Origin: a virus
Strand: one strand, 5' to 3'
IMG/VR virus record: IMGVR_UViG_3300029454_000001
Span: 14,344-78,343 of that record
DNA: 64,000 nucleotides
The translations under genes were made by a program, and so were the position numbers. Below are positions 35,664-43,972 of this stretch, one piece after another; position 1 is the first letter of the stretch; every line of letters begins with the position of its first letter. Below the pieces are notes generated by a model. That model was not told the origin of the DNA, searched no databases, and saw only the letters and a program-made list of their open reading frames with translations.

Positions 35664-35790
35664 CAACCGCCTGTCTTACAATATCCGATACGCTCCTGTC
35701 TGTTCGGTTCTTCTCTTCCAGGAGCCTTTTTTTCTGTTTTTCGGAAAATCGGATGCGGATGGATTCGGATTGCGGGTTATGCTTTTTCAT
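35632..35790 (-). CDS. ribbon-helix-helix (CopG/MobC-like) protein (52 aa, below the ORF-track cutoff)
   Basis: MKKHNPQSESIRIRFSEKQKKRLLEEKNRTDRSVSDIVRQAVDEYFWRKRRA; beta-strand IRIRFSE followed by two helices; verified codon by codon. Confidence 0.55.
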   Translation of the reverse strand: MKKHNPQSESIRIRFSEKQKKRLLEEKNRTDRSVSDIVRQAVDEYFWRKRRA

Positions 35791-35989
35791 AGGCAGTATC
35801 CATCTTTACGGAAAGAATCGGTTTCTCATCGGCTTTAGCCAGAAGCGTAATACCTTTCCCATTCTCCCAAGATGATGTCATGAGTTGAATATTTGAATTT
35901 CCGGTTTCGTTACAAATATTCAAAAGCTGTTGTGTTACATCCATCAACCTTGACCGAAGGTATCCGTCATTGCTTACTATTTTTTCCAT
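35777..35989 (-). CDS. hypothetical protein
   Basis: 70-aa ORF. Confidence 0.4.
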   Translation of the reverse strand: MEKIVSNDGYLRSRLMDVTQQLLNICNETGNSNIQLMTSSWENGKGITLLAKADEKPILSVKMDTAYEKA

Positions 35990-36023
35990 CTTGTGCCTAC
36001 CTTTCTGCGAATGTTATCAGTTA

Positions 36024-36413
36024 TCACAAATCGTTTATTGCTTTTAATTTCTGATTAGCAATTTCGACCTGAGAAGCAAGTACGCTACGTGTCACATCTC
36101 TTATAAACGATTGTTCTAGTGTCATGCTTTCACTGTAAAACAACGTCGGAGCTGTGAGTACATAGATTTCAATATCCAAATCACAAAGCCGTCTCCATAT
36201 TTCTTCGATTTCATTCTTGGTATTTCCAATATCATCAACTCCGCAAATAATTAATGAATCACCCTTTTTCATGTTTTCACAAAGAAGTCTAAAATTATTA
36301 TTTTCATCTGCCAAATCGAAAATAAACGAGTCAATTTCTTCGTTCAAAAGTATCTTTTTCTTTGCTTCCAACGGGAACCATAATCCAGATTCTCTTGCGT
36401 ATCCTATCTTCAT
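36024..36413 (-). CDS. degenerate serine-recombinase (resolvase) catalytic-domain protein without a DNA-binding domain
   Basis: MKIGYARES.. keeps the Y-x-R-x-S start. GDSLIICGVDDIGNT replaces the conserved DRLGR arginines. There is no C-terminal HTH. Confidence 0.45.
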   Translation of the reverse strand: MKIGYARESGLWFPLEAKKKILLNEEIDSFIFDLADENNNFRLLCENMKKGDSLIICGVDDIGNTKNEIEEIWRRLCDLDIEIYVLTAPTLFYSESMTLEQSFIRDVTRSVLASQVEIANQKLKAINDL

Positions 36414-36880
36414 GTTTTATACCTGCCTTTCTTGGTACTGCCTTATTTAGTGTTGGCAGAGAAACAGTTAAGGCTTACTGCTTTCGTGTTGCAATCACTA
36501 TCCCTGCCATGTTAAGGAGAGCTTTTTTGTTTTTTCGGGCGGTTTCGGTGGTAACTACCGCTGACTGGGGTTTTATATATACCCCCTCCCCGGTCATCCA
36601 GTGCGGACGCTGGCAAGTCAGCCCGCCGCCCCATGGGACCCGCTGCCCTTGCCTGGTCGCTGTCTATCGGATGCCTTCGGCAGTGGTCAAGGGAATGTCA
36701 ATGTCTTTAATATTTTATCTATACGACAAACACAGATTTGTCTTATAGATCTATTTATTTTTCTATACATAATGCACAAATATAATCGTCATTATTGTGC
36801 ATATTGTATGATTCCATGCGTTTACTGCCTTTTGTCCGTCCATCATGTACATTTTTACCGATTCTGTACTCTTCCAGACT

Positions 36881-37471
36881 TTAAAGCTCCGGTTTTTCCA
36901 TCTCTGGAAGTTGTAAAGCGGCTTTGTGCTTCTCTGCGATCTGCTGCGCGGTCTGCTGTGGTACGCCATACTGTTGTGTAGCTTGCACCGGTGCAGTTTC
37001 TGCCATGCCGTATGCGGCTTTTGCAACAAATATCAAATTCGCATTTGTTCCGGTCTGATTATGCAATCTATTGATTGCGCAGTTTTTACAAATATCAAAC
37101 CATTTTTTAGCCGTGTCACCATGTGACGAGTTTGTTCTATACACTCCATTCATCCAGTCAGTAAACGTTGTACGATTAATCCCAACTAAAAAACTAAATA
37201 CCTCCAATGTTGGCAATACATGATATTTACTGCATAATCTCACATAAGTATTAAACATTTTATCTAATAGCTCTATATCATCATTACTTGGTTTTTGTAT
37301 ATGATCTGCAATATAAAAAATCATATCTACAAAGCTGTCTGATACTTCTTTCTTATAATTTTCGTTATCTGGTGATATACATAATACAGTATTTATATAT
37401 TCATCAGCATATATATTAATATTATCTAAATAGATATCTACGTCTTGTATATTTACCGTATTATCTTTCAT
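36881..37471 (-). CDS. terminase small-subunit-like HTH protein
   Basis: PTLEVFSFLVGINRTTFTDWMNG HTH; first gene after a terminator at the head of the late region; the family call is tentative. Confidence 0.35.
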   Translation of the reverse strand: MKDNTVNIQDVDIYLDNINIYADEYINTVLCISPDNENYKKEVSDSFVDMIFYIADHIQKPSNDDIELLDKMFNTYVRLCSKYHVLPTLEVFSFLVGINRTTFTDWMNGVYRTNSSHGDTAKKWFDICKNCAINRLHNQTGTNANLIFVAKAAYGMAETAPVQATQQYGVPQQTAQQIAEKHKAALQLPEMEKPEL

Positions 37472-37502
37472 GTTATCACCTCACTTTAGCACGTTAATTT
37501 GT

Positions 37503-37572
37503 AAATAAAAAAGAGAATGTCACCAGGTAAAGCTTATCCCCGGAAAACTTCCGGGTGTTCGGGTACATTCTC
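37503..37572 (-). terminator. intrinsic terminator 32 nt upstream of the terS-like start
   Basis: Minus strand GAGAATGT...(inner hairpin CCCGGAA-GTT-TTCCGGG)...ACATTCTC followed by TTTTTTATTT. Confidence 0.7.
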
Positions 37573-38051
37573 TAAAACTTAAAATAAAATATTCTGTTTT
37601 CTTTGTTGCTGATACCTTAACACAGTTTTTAATATCTTGTCAAATTTAATTTTGCATAAAATAAAACCCTTTATTTTGTCAGTAATTAATAAATAATATT
37701 TGTGGTATTATATTATAATCTTCATTTATATTTATATTATATATATTATTATACGGTACTGTATAGCATATCTTTTAATAAACTCTAGCTTTAGGAATCT
37801 AGGAAGGGCAGAGAATAATTATATAATTATATATAATATAAGGGCGGCTACATTTTCGCAGATTTGCATAATAAAAGCCAGACCTTCCAGGAGTTTCTAT
37901 CCGGCGTGATCTGGCTTGTTATGCGTGTTATTTAATTAACGATTCTGTGTACTTTCAGCCTCTGCCCTTCCTGAGTTCCGTCAGCTCTCGTTATCTGATA
38001 GCCTAAAGAAGTTTTAGAAAAATGTCAAGCGGTATTTAAAAAAAATTTCTC

Positions 38052-38081
38052 TTGACAATTTGTGAAAAACTGTGTTATTAA
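38052..38081 (+). promoter_or_regulatory. strong sigma-A promoter (extended -10)
   Basis: TTGACA (38052-57) - 18 nt - TGtTATTAA (38073-81). Confidence 0.55.
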
Positions 38082-38087
38082 AATATT

Positions 38088-38205
38088 AACAGGCTCGGCG
38101 GCGGTCTGTACTCTGTCCATAGCCGCCACAAATAAGCATTTTAAAAGCCCCGGGATGATTTCCAAGGGCTTTTTCTTTTGGGTGGGGCGATTGTTCGCCC
38201 CTTTT
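38088..38205 (+). ncRNA. candidate small RNA between a promoter and tandem terminators
   Basis: No SD or ATG. Hairpin GGCGGC...GCCGCC (38097-38127), then AAAAGCCC...GGGCTTTTT (38143-38176), then GGGGCG-ATTGTT-CGCCCC-TTTT (38184-38205). Confidence 0.35.
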
Positions 38206-38207
38206 GG

Positions 38208-38366
38208 TTATTCGTTTTCCTTCGTGGTTTCTTTGAGCAGTCCGGCTGAGTGTTTACGGATTTCGTTGTTCATTTCTCGGACTTCCTCAATGGTTTCGCA
38301 TTTGTCTGTCGCTGTTGTGATCAACCAAGCAATAAACTGTAACTGTTTGTCTGTCATGTTCTCCAT
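38208..38366 (-). CDS. small hypothetical protein
   Basis: Start moved to ATG 38366 (MENMTDKQ) behind AAAGGAGAA; 52 aa. Confidence 0.4.
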   Translation of the reverse strand: MENMTDKQLQFIAWLITTATDKCETIEEVREMNNEIRKHSAGLLKETTKENE

Positions 38367-38430
38367 TTTTTCTCCTTTCTGTGGTTTATAAGGTTCTTTG
38401 TTCCTTACAAGTATTATTATATCTCTATTT

Positions 38431-38694
38431 TTAGTGATTGTCAATATTTTGTTCACATATTTTAGAGATTATTTTTTCTCTATCGTTGTCTGTTTCAACA
38501 TATTTTATAATATCTCTAGGTTGCATTTCAAGAACGGCACAAAGTCTATTCAAATTGTCTAAAGAAATCGTTGTGTCTCCTTTTTTAAATTTTTGCATTG
38601 TAGCTTGTCCGAAAAGCCCTGTATTTTTAGCTTTTGTGGTATTTATACCGACTTTTGCAAGCTCTTCTATAACATTAATTTTATATTGTAGCAT
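38431..38694 (-). CDS. XRE/Cro-CI-type HTH regulator
   Basis: GQATMQKFKKGDTTISLDNLNRLCAVLEMQPRDII HTH pattern; divergent from the plus-strand operon. Confidence 0.6.
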   Translation of the reverse strand: MLQYKINVIEELAKVGINTTKAKNTGLFGQATMQKFKKGDTTISLDNLNRLCAVLEMQPRDIIKYVETDNDREKIISKICEQNIDNH

Positions 38695-38788
38695 TTGTTT
38701 TCCTCCTAATCTTTTACTTTATATATAATGTAGCTTTTTTAATGCTGATTGTCAAGAATATTTTTCTCTATTTTTTGTGAATTATATG

Positions 38789-38817
38789 TTGACATTCTCT
38801 AATTTTAGTGATATTAT
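38789..38817 (+). promoter_or_regulatory. consensus extended -10 promoter of the plus-strand operon
   Basis: TTGACA (38789-94) - 17 nt - TGaTATTAT (38809-17). Confidence 0.6.
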
Positions 38818-39024
38818 AATTACATCAACAAAGGAACAAAAGAAACAAACAACCGGAACCGCCCGAACCACTCAAGCCAATGAGGACATAAGGAAAACGG
38901 ACTGATTAATTGAAAAATTCTAGTTCCCAGAAAATAAAAAAGCCCGGCGATCTTCCAAACCAAACCGGGCACCAAACTAAAAAGAAAGGCAACCCTATTA
39001 TAACAGGGGTAAAGGTGAAAAACA

Positions 39025-39303
39025 ATGAAAAAAATCGAAACATTAGTAATTAGAGGCCGCAGATGGTTTCAAAAATTATATGGAAATACTTATCACACAG
39101 TAACGATTGTCGTAAATGGCCATATTTTAAAAAGTAGTATTCAGTATGGCTATGGAAATCAGTATCTTGTTACCGCCGCTGATCTCCTTCGTGAAAATGG
39201 TTATGATATTCCAGAGAATACCATGGAAGCATTGAGAATGTTAAAGGATCTTTCTGAAAACGATTATGAAGTCATTGACGTTAAGAGAAAGAAAGATCTG
39301 TAG
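39025..39303 (+). CDS. hypothetical protein
   Basis: 92 aa; SD GGTGAAA; RGRRWFQKLYGNTYHTVTIVVNG motif, family not identified. Confidence 0.5.
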   Translation: MKKIETLVIRGRRWFQKLYGNTYHTVTIVVNGHILKSSIQYGYGNQYLVTAADLLRENGYDIPENTMEALRMLKDLSENDYEVIDVKRKKDL

Positions 39304-39314
39304 GAGGTGCGTAA

Positions 39315-39692
39315 ATGGTAACAATCAAGAAAGCAACACAAGCACAGACAATCGCTGCCATAAAAAGCGGCGATTTCTCCGTAATTGATACGATCAATAA
39401 AAAAGCCAGAAAAGAAGCAATAGAAATTTTTGCGTCTGTTGCTGGCGGCGTTATTAAATTAGCTTACTGGGATATGTCCCCGGTAAAGCGCCGGGACGGT
39501 AAAAAGTCTGTAATGCGGTACGCCTTGCACAGATCAACGAAAAAAGAAGACTGTTTACAACTCTCCTGTATGGAGCTTATCGGCGGCGCGATCATCCCAA
39601 CAAGCGACCAACAATTTAAAACAAATGATGATTACGACCGCCGGGAATTTTTCCGCAGTCTTCCGATCGTTACAAAAATGACTTTAAAATAA
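39315..39692 (+). CDS. hypothetical protein
   Basis: 125 aa; SD GGAGGTG 5 nt upstream. Confidence 0.5.
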   Translation: MVTIKKATQAQTIAAIKSGDFSVIDTINKKARKEAIEIFASVAGGVIKLAYWDMSPVKRRDGKKSVMRYALHRSTKKEDCLQLSCMELIGGAIIPTSDQQFKTNDDYDRREFFRSLPIVTKMTLK

Positions 39693-39780
39693 TAAGGGGC
39701 TTAAGATTCCTGGCAAGTTTTTGTACTGTTTATTTTTGGCTTAGCGTATGATATAATAACATAAAATGGGGGTAATACAT

Positions 39781-40209
39781 ATGATAATGTTAAAAATGGA
39801 AAAATGGGAAAATATTGTAAATGAAACTATTAAACATTTTTTTGATAATTATAAAATATTTGATGATAATAACAAGGATTTAGAAAATAAAAGCCTGTAT
39901 CAATATATTAATGATTTTTACGAAGAAGACCCGGAAACAGAAATTCTGCACTTTTTATTTACTGGTGAAAGCGAATATATCCAATTTGCTGGAAAGTACA
40001 ATATTTCTTTGTACGATGAATTTTCACAAGAACTTGAAAACAAATTGATTGATGAATTTTATTCCCTTAATAAAAAGCAATTTTGCGAAGATCTCGAAAA
40101 TTTTACAGATTATTTTTTAAGTGAACACACAATTTTATTGAAAACATATATTTATGATATTCTTGATAGTTTTACGGCTGAAAAGTTAAAAAACCTTATT
40201 TTCAAATAG
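39781..40209 (+). CDS. strongly acidic hypothetical protein
   Basis: 142 aa from ATG 39781; hand count gives 30 D/E, 14 K and no R. Confidence 0.5.
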   Translation: MIMLKMEKWENIVNETIKHFFDNYKIFDDNNKDLENKSLYQYINDFYEEDPETEILHFLFTGESEYIQFAGKYNISLYDEFSQELENKLIDEFYSLNKKQFCEDLENFTDYFLSEHTILLKTYIYDILDSFTAEKLKNLIFK

Positions 40210-40214
40210 TTTTC

Positions 40215-40270
40215 ACCGCTTCCCGGTATCCAGCCCGGCGGCACGTTCACGGCGTGCAAGCGGTTTTTTG
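40215..40270 (+). terminator. intrinsic terminator of the plus-strand operon
   Basis: ACCGCTT...(inner GCACG-TTCACGG-CGTGC)...AAGCGGT followed by TTTTTT. Confidence 0.55.
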
Positions 40271-41251
40271 GCATTCTGCCAGATGCACCTTGCAAAGTTA
40301 ATATAATAAGTCAATCAATTAATGCGCTTTTTTATCCGTAAATGGCTTTTTATGCTGTTAATGTGGATTTATGCCACATTTGCATTATAAGCCGTTTATG
40401 AGCCTTTAAAACGATTTGTAGTGCGTTACATGGTTTATTGACTGTCTGTTGCTATGGGTGTATAATAGCCTTGTATAGCTATGTGCAGCTATGCTTTATT
40501 TGCGTACCGTGTAAATGTGCGTATTATGTCCGCTTATGTGCGTAGCTTGTCCAGTCTTCCCGGTGATCTGTCGCAGTTGACCTGGCTATATATCAATTAG
40601 GGCTATACAACTATATTGTGATATGCTTGTATAACGCCGTATTTGCCTTTTTAAGGCGTTTTATAATCGTAGTCAATAAAATATAGGATAAATACGTTAC
40701 AAGCCATTTAAGAATTATTTTGCAAGAGTATTATTGTATTTTTAATCACTGCATTATATGCTGTTTGATGCTACGATCTATTATCTGTGGGCTTTTGGTT
40801 CTGATCTGCCAGGGCTACGGCTGACGGTCGGCTTTGTTGGTATTCAATTGTTCCCGGCAGATTCCCGGCTTCATCGGTTCGGCGTGGTATCGGTTCCCGG
40901 TGCTGTCCCTTGTTGGTTTGTAGCAACGGAAAAACCGCAGCTGTTAAAGGCTTCAATAGTTGCAACTAACTTGTGGATGATTCCTAAATTCTAACATTAT
41001 TTTGGAAGCCGAAAATCAAGGAAATCTAGAAAAAAAGTGGCAACCAGAAAAATTCTCGCATTTTCTAGCTACCACTTAATTTTTAATTTTGCACAAATAT
41101 TTCTATAGCGTAAAGTTTTAAATGATTCAAAATTCACAATTTATTTAATCCTTCTTTCTTCCGTGTTCCATATCTTCTGTGGGATGATTTCTCTAAACGT
41201 TCAGTCCGCTTCGTTTGGGACTTGGAAAGTTTCTTCTTTCTCTGGTAATTA

Positions 41252-41917
41252 TCAGTCGTTGTTCCCATTCACGCCCTCCTTGTTAATCTTCTGATTCCTG
41301 GTTTCAAAGTTTATAATTTCCGTGTCTGTTTCCAATTCTTCCGGGATTCTTCCAACAATTATAACTCGCAGCGGCTTCAATCTGCGCTCCATTTCCTTGA
41401 AACCAACGCAAAACTCCAACCGTGCTGCCTTGCTCTTTACTCTTCCATTGGTGCAACAGGCAACTGTGCTTCCCTCCGGCAGTCCATCAAAGCACCAGTC
41501 CCAACAGTATTCTGGTAATATGCTTACGTTCGGAATTACTGGAATATCATTCAGGACCATGTAGTGAGCCAGTGCATGATTGCGATATTTGTTCCACAGG
41601 CACATTACCAGTGGCATTCCATTCTTGCCAACTGATATGCTGAAATCCGGCATAATGACTGCATGAAAACATTTTAAATGCTTAATATACTTGTCTGGCT
41701 GATTCCACAATCTTTGAAACTGTACATCGTCCACATAGAAATTTACATCCAGTTCCCGGTGGTTCTTAATCTTCCGGCTAAAGCTCTCCGCAAAGTCTAC
41801 AGTATCTTTTCCAGGATGGATAAAAGTCTTTGGGATTTTCGGGATTTCGTACTTACCATCAAGGTCTGCATCCGTGATTAAAAATTCTTTCATTACGTCA
41901 TAAGCTGTATGTATCAT
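41252..41917 (-). CDS. DUF4417-like protein
   Basis: FYVDDVQFQRLWNQP..VIMPDFS..WNKYRNHALAHYMVLNDIPVIPNV pattern I associate with DUF4417; start ATG 41917 behind GGGAGTGGA. Confidence 0.45.
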   Translation of the reverse strand: MIHTAYDVMKEFLITDADLDGKYEIPKIPKTFIHPGKDTVDFAESFSRKIKNHRELDVNFYVDDVQFQRLWNQPDKYIKHLKCFHAVIMPDFSISVGKNGMPLVMCLWNKYRNHALAHYMVLNDIPVIPNVSILPEYCWDWCFDGLPEGSTVACCTNGRVKSKAARLEFCVGFKEMERRLKPLRVIIVGRIPEELETDTEIINFETRNQKINKEGVNGNND

Positions 41918-41941
41918 TGATTCCACTCCCATTTTTTTCTC

Positions 41942-43654
41942 TTATAGTGCTAAAAGGTACTTATATTTGAAAAATACCATATCTTGTGTCTTAATGCAAG
42001 TTTTCCTACTAAATATCTTGTGTTGTTCTGAATGTAGAGTAAAAATCATATCGTCAGAACGGCGCAAGGGAAACCCCCATTTTTCAAGGCTTCCAGACCT
42101 CAATTGAAATGTCAGTGTTGCACATGTAACCGCCAACGGTTCAACGGTAATCTTCTCAAAAAGTTCATTAACAATCTGCCTGTTAATGTCTTTTTGAGTA
42201 ACGCCTTTGAACTTTTTTAACTGCTCTTTAATAGCATTTAATTGTATTTCTACTGGTTCTGGACTTTTGGTGTTTTGTAGCTCTCGAATATGGCTCTCTG
42301 TCTGTTTTATCTGTTTTACATATTCTTTGTTTCTTGAAACAAATTCATCATCAGATATTTTGCCATCCAGATTATATTCCAGTATTTTTTCACGCTTTTG
42401 TTTTAACAGGTCGATCTGTTTTTCAAGTCTCGTGATTTCGTTTATATTGTCTGGAATGTTTTTAATTGAGGACTGTAAAATTTCAAAATATTCCTCCAAA
42501 ATGCTGTCAATATTTTCAGAAGATTTATTAATCAATTCTGCAATTACTTCTTTTAGCTCTGATTCTGCCAGCCCGAACGAATTGCAAGAAGCTGCTCCAT
42601 TTTTTATTTTATAGCTGCATACCCATCGAACATCTTCTTTTCCTCTGATGTAATGTTGCTTCATCCAGTATGGCGCTCCGTCATTTGCGCAGAAAAGTTT
42701 TCCGGTGAAAATATTTTCATTCTTAAAAGACGTTCTTCTCGATTTTATAGCTTCTCCTCGTTCTCTTAAATATGCATTTGCCTTTTCCCAAGTGGCCTCG
42801 TCAATGATCTGCGGCACTCTGGAGCCATCATCTTTAAACATTACCCATTCTGACTGCGGAAGAAATTCTTGTTTCTTGGTGAACATATCGACAACCTTTA
42901 CTTTTCCTCCACAATAGTATCCTTTGTATTTTGGATTCCGAATAATATTTTTTATGACATCCCGGTTGATTTTCCCACCTTTGAAACTTCTGTATCCCAT
43001 ATCCCAGAGTTTTTTTTCTATTCTTGGCGTAGATATTCCGGAAGCGTAATCTTGAAAAATCATTCGAACCATGTCCGCTTCTTCTGGAACCAGTTCGAGT
43101 TTTCCTTGATTGTTTGAGTATCCATACATTCTGTGCCCGAGAACAACACCATTTTTGATTGACTGTGCGTGTCCAAATTTTACTCTTGAAGAAAGCTTGC
43201 GGATTTCGTCCTGCGCTACCCCAGCCATAATAGTAAGTCTGAACTCACTATCATCATCAATAGTGTTAATTCCATCATTTTGGAACCACACGCATACGCC
43301 GTAAGATAACAATTCCCTGGTATATTGGATGCTGTCAAGAGTATTTCGCGCAAATCTTGAAATTTCTTTCGTAATAATCATGTCAATTTTTCCGAGCTTT
43401 GCATCTCTGAGCATTCTTTGAAATTCTTCTCTTTTATCCGCATGTATTCCAGAAATACCATCATCAATGTAAGAACCAGCAAACTTCCATCTGTTGTTAG
43501 AATGTATCAGCTCTTCAAAATGTTCCTCCTGGTGCTTAATGGATGCTTGCTGTTCAACTTTTTCAGTAGAAACCCTGGCATAATAAGCAACATTTAGTTC
43601 AATGTCGTAAATAGAGCAATTTCTTAATTTTTCTCTGACATAATAAATATTCAT
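41942..43654 (-). CDS. large serine recombinase (integrase)
   Basis: VAYYARVSTEKVEQQ catalytic motif, recombinase domain, zinc ribbon (CANDG..WVCSYKIKNGAASC), coiled coil; start ATG 43654 behind AAGGGAGAA. Confidence 0.9.
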   Translation of the reverse strand: MNIYYVREKLRNCSIYDIELNVAYYARVSTEKVEQQASIKHQEEHFEELIHSNNRWKFAGSYIDDGISGIHADKREEFQRMLRDAKLGKIDMIITKEISRFARNTLDSIQYTRELLSYGVCVWFQNDGINTIDDDSEFRLTIMAGVAQDEIRKLSSRVKFGHAQSIKNGVVLGHRMYGYSNNQGKLELVPEEADMVRMIFQDYASGISTPRIEKKLWDMGYRSFKGGKINRDVIKNIIRNPKYKGYYCGGKVKVVDMFTKKQEFLPQSEWVMFKDDGSRVPQIIDEATWEKANAYLRERGEAIKSRRTSFKNENIFTGKLFCANDGAPYWMKQHYIRGKEDVRWVCSYKIKNGAASCNSFGLAESELKEVIAELINKSSENIDSILEEYFEILQSSIKNIPDNINEITRLEKQIDLLKQKREKILEYNLDGKISDDEFVSRNKEYVKQIKQTESHIRELQNTKSPEPVEIQLNAIKEQLKKFKGVTQKDINRQIVNELFEKITVEPLAVTCATLTFQLRSGSLEKWGFPLRRSDDMIFTLHSEQHKIFSRKTCIKTQDMVFFKYKYLLAL

Positions 43655-43735
43655 AGTGCATTTCTCCCTTAATAAACAGGGAGTGGAATCATATAAAGTA
43701 TAACACCTCATATAACTCCACTCAATACATTTTCG

Positions 43736-43921
43736 TTACTTTCTAATGCTGATTTCAGCTTTAATTTTATCTCTTGTTTTCTCATCTATCAGACCAAGTG
43801 AGAACATTCTTTCGTTTATGGCATACAATATAGCTTTTTCCATTAATTGTCCCTCCATATAATTATCTCGTTTTAAGCGCTGTTTTTCTTTATCTTTTGT
43901 ATGCCCTATAATTTCTACCAT
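43736..43921 (-). CDS. hypothetical protein
   Basis: 61 aa directly upstream of the recombinase gene. Confidence 0.4.
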   Translation of the reverse strand: MVEIIGHTKDKEKQRLKRDNYMEGQLMEKAILYAINERMFSLGLIDEKTRDKIKAEISIRK

Positions 43922-43972
43922 TATTCTCTTTTGAACGATTCTGCACTATTTTAAGTACACAATTATCACGTT

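Noticed and set aside
36362-36981. Plus-strand ORFs 36362..36748 and 36601..36981 in the GC-rich gap
   Set aside because: They have no SD, overlap each other and the terS-like gene in antisense, and their Arg/Pro/Ala-rich composition is typical of random frames in GC-rich RNA-like sequence.
37740-37770. Possible SOS/LexA box around GGTACTGTATAGCAT
   Set aside because: It contains only a CTGT half-site with no ACAG partner, and it matches neither the Gram-positive GAAC-N4-GTTC box nor a full CTGT-N8-ACAG box.
38062-38391. 109-aa plus-strand ORF in the switch region
   Set aside because: It starts inside the promoter spacer, runs through two terminator hairpins, and is antisense to a better-supported minus-strand gene.
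40758-40994. 78-aa (plus) and 64-aa (minus) ORFs in the repeat-rich non-coding kilobase
   Set aside because: They overlap each other, have no SD, and are built from the TTCCCGG/ATCGGTTC repeats.
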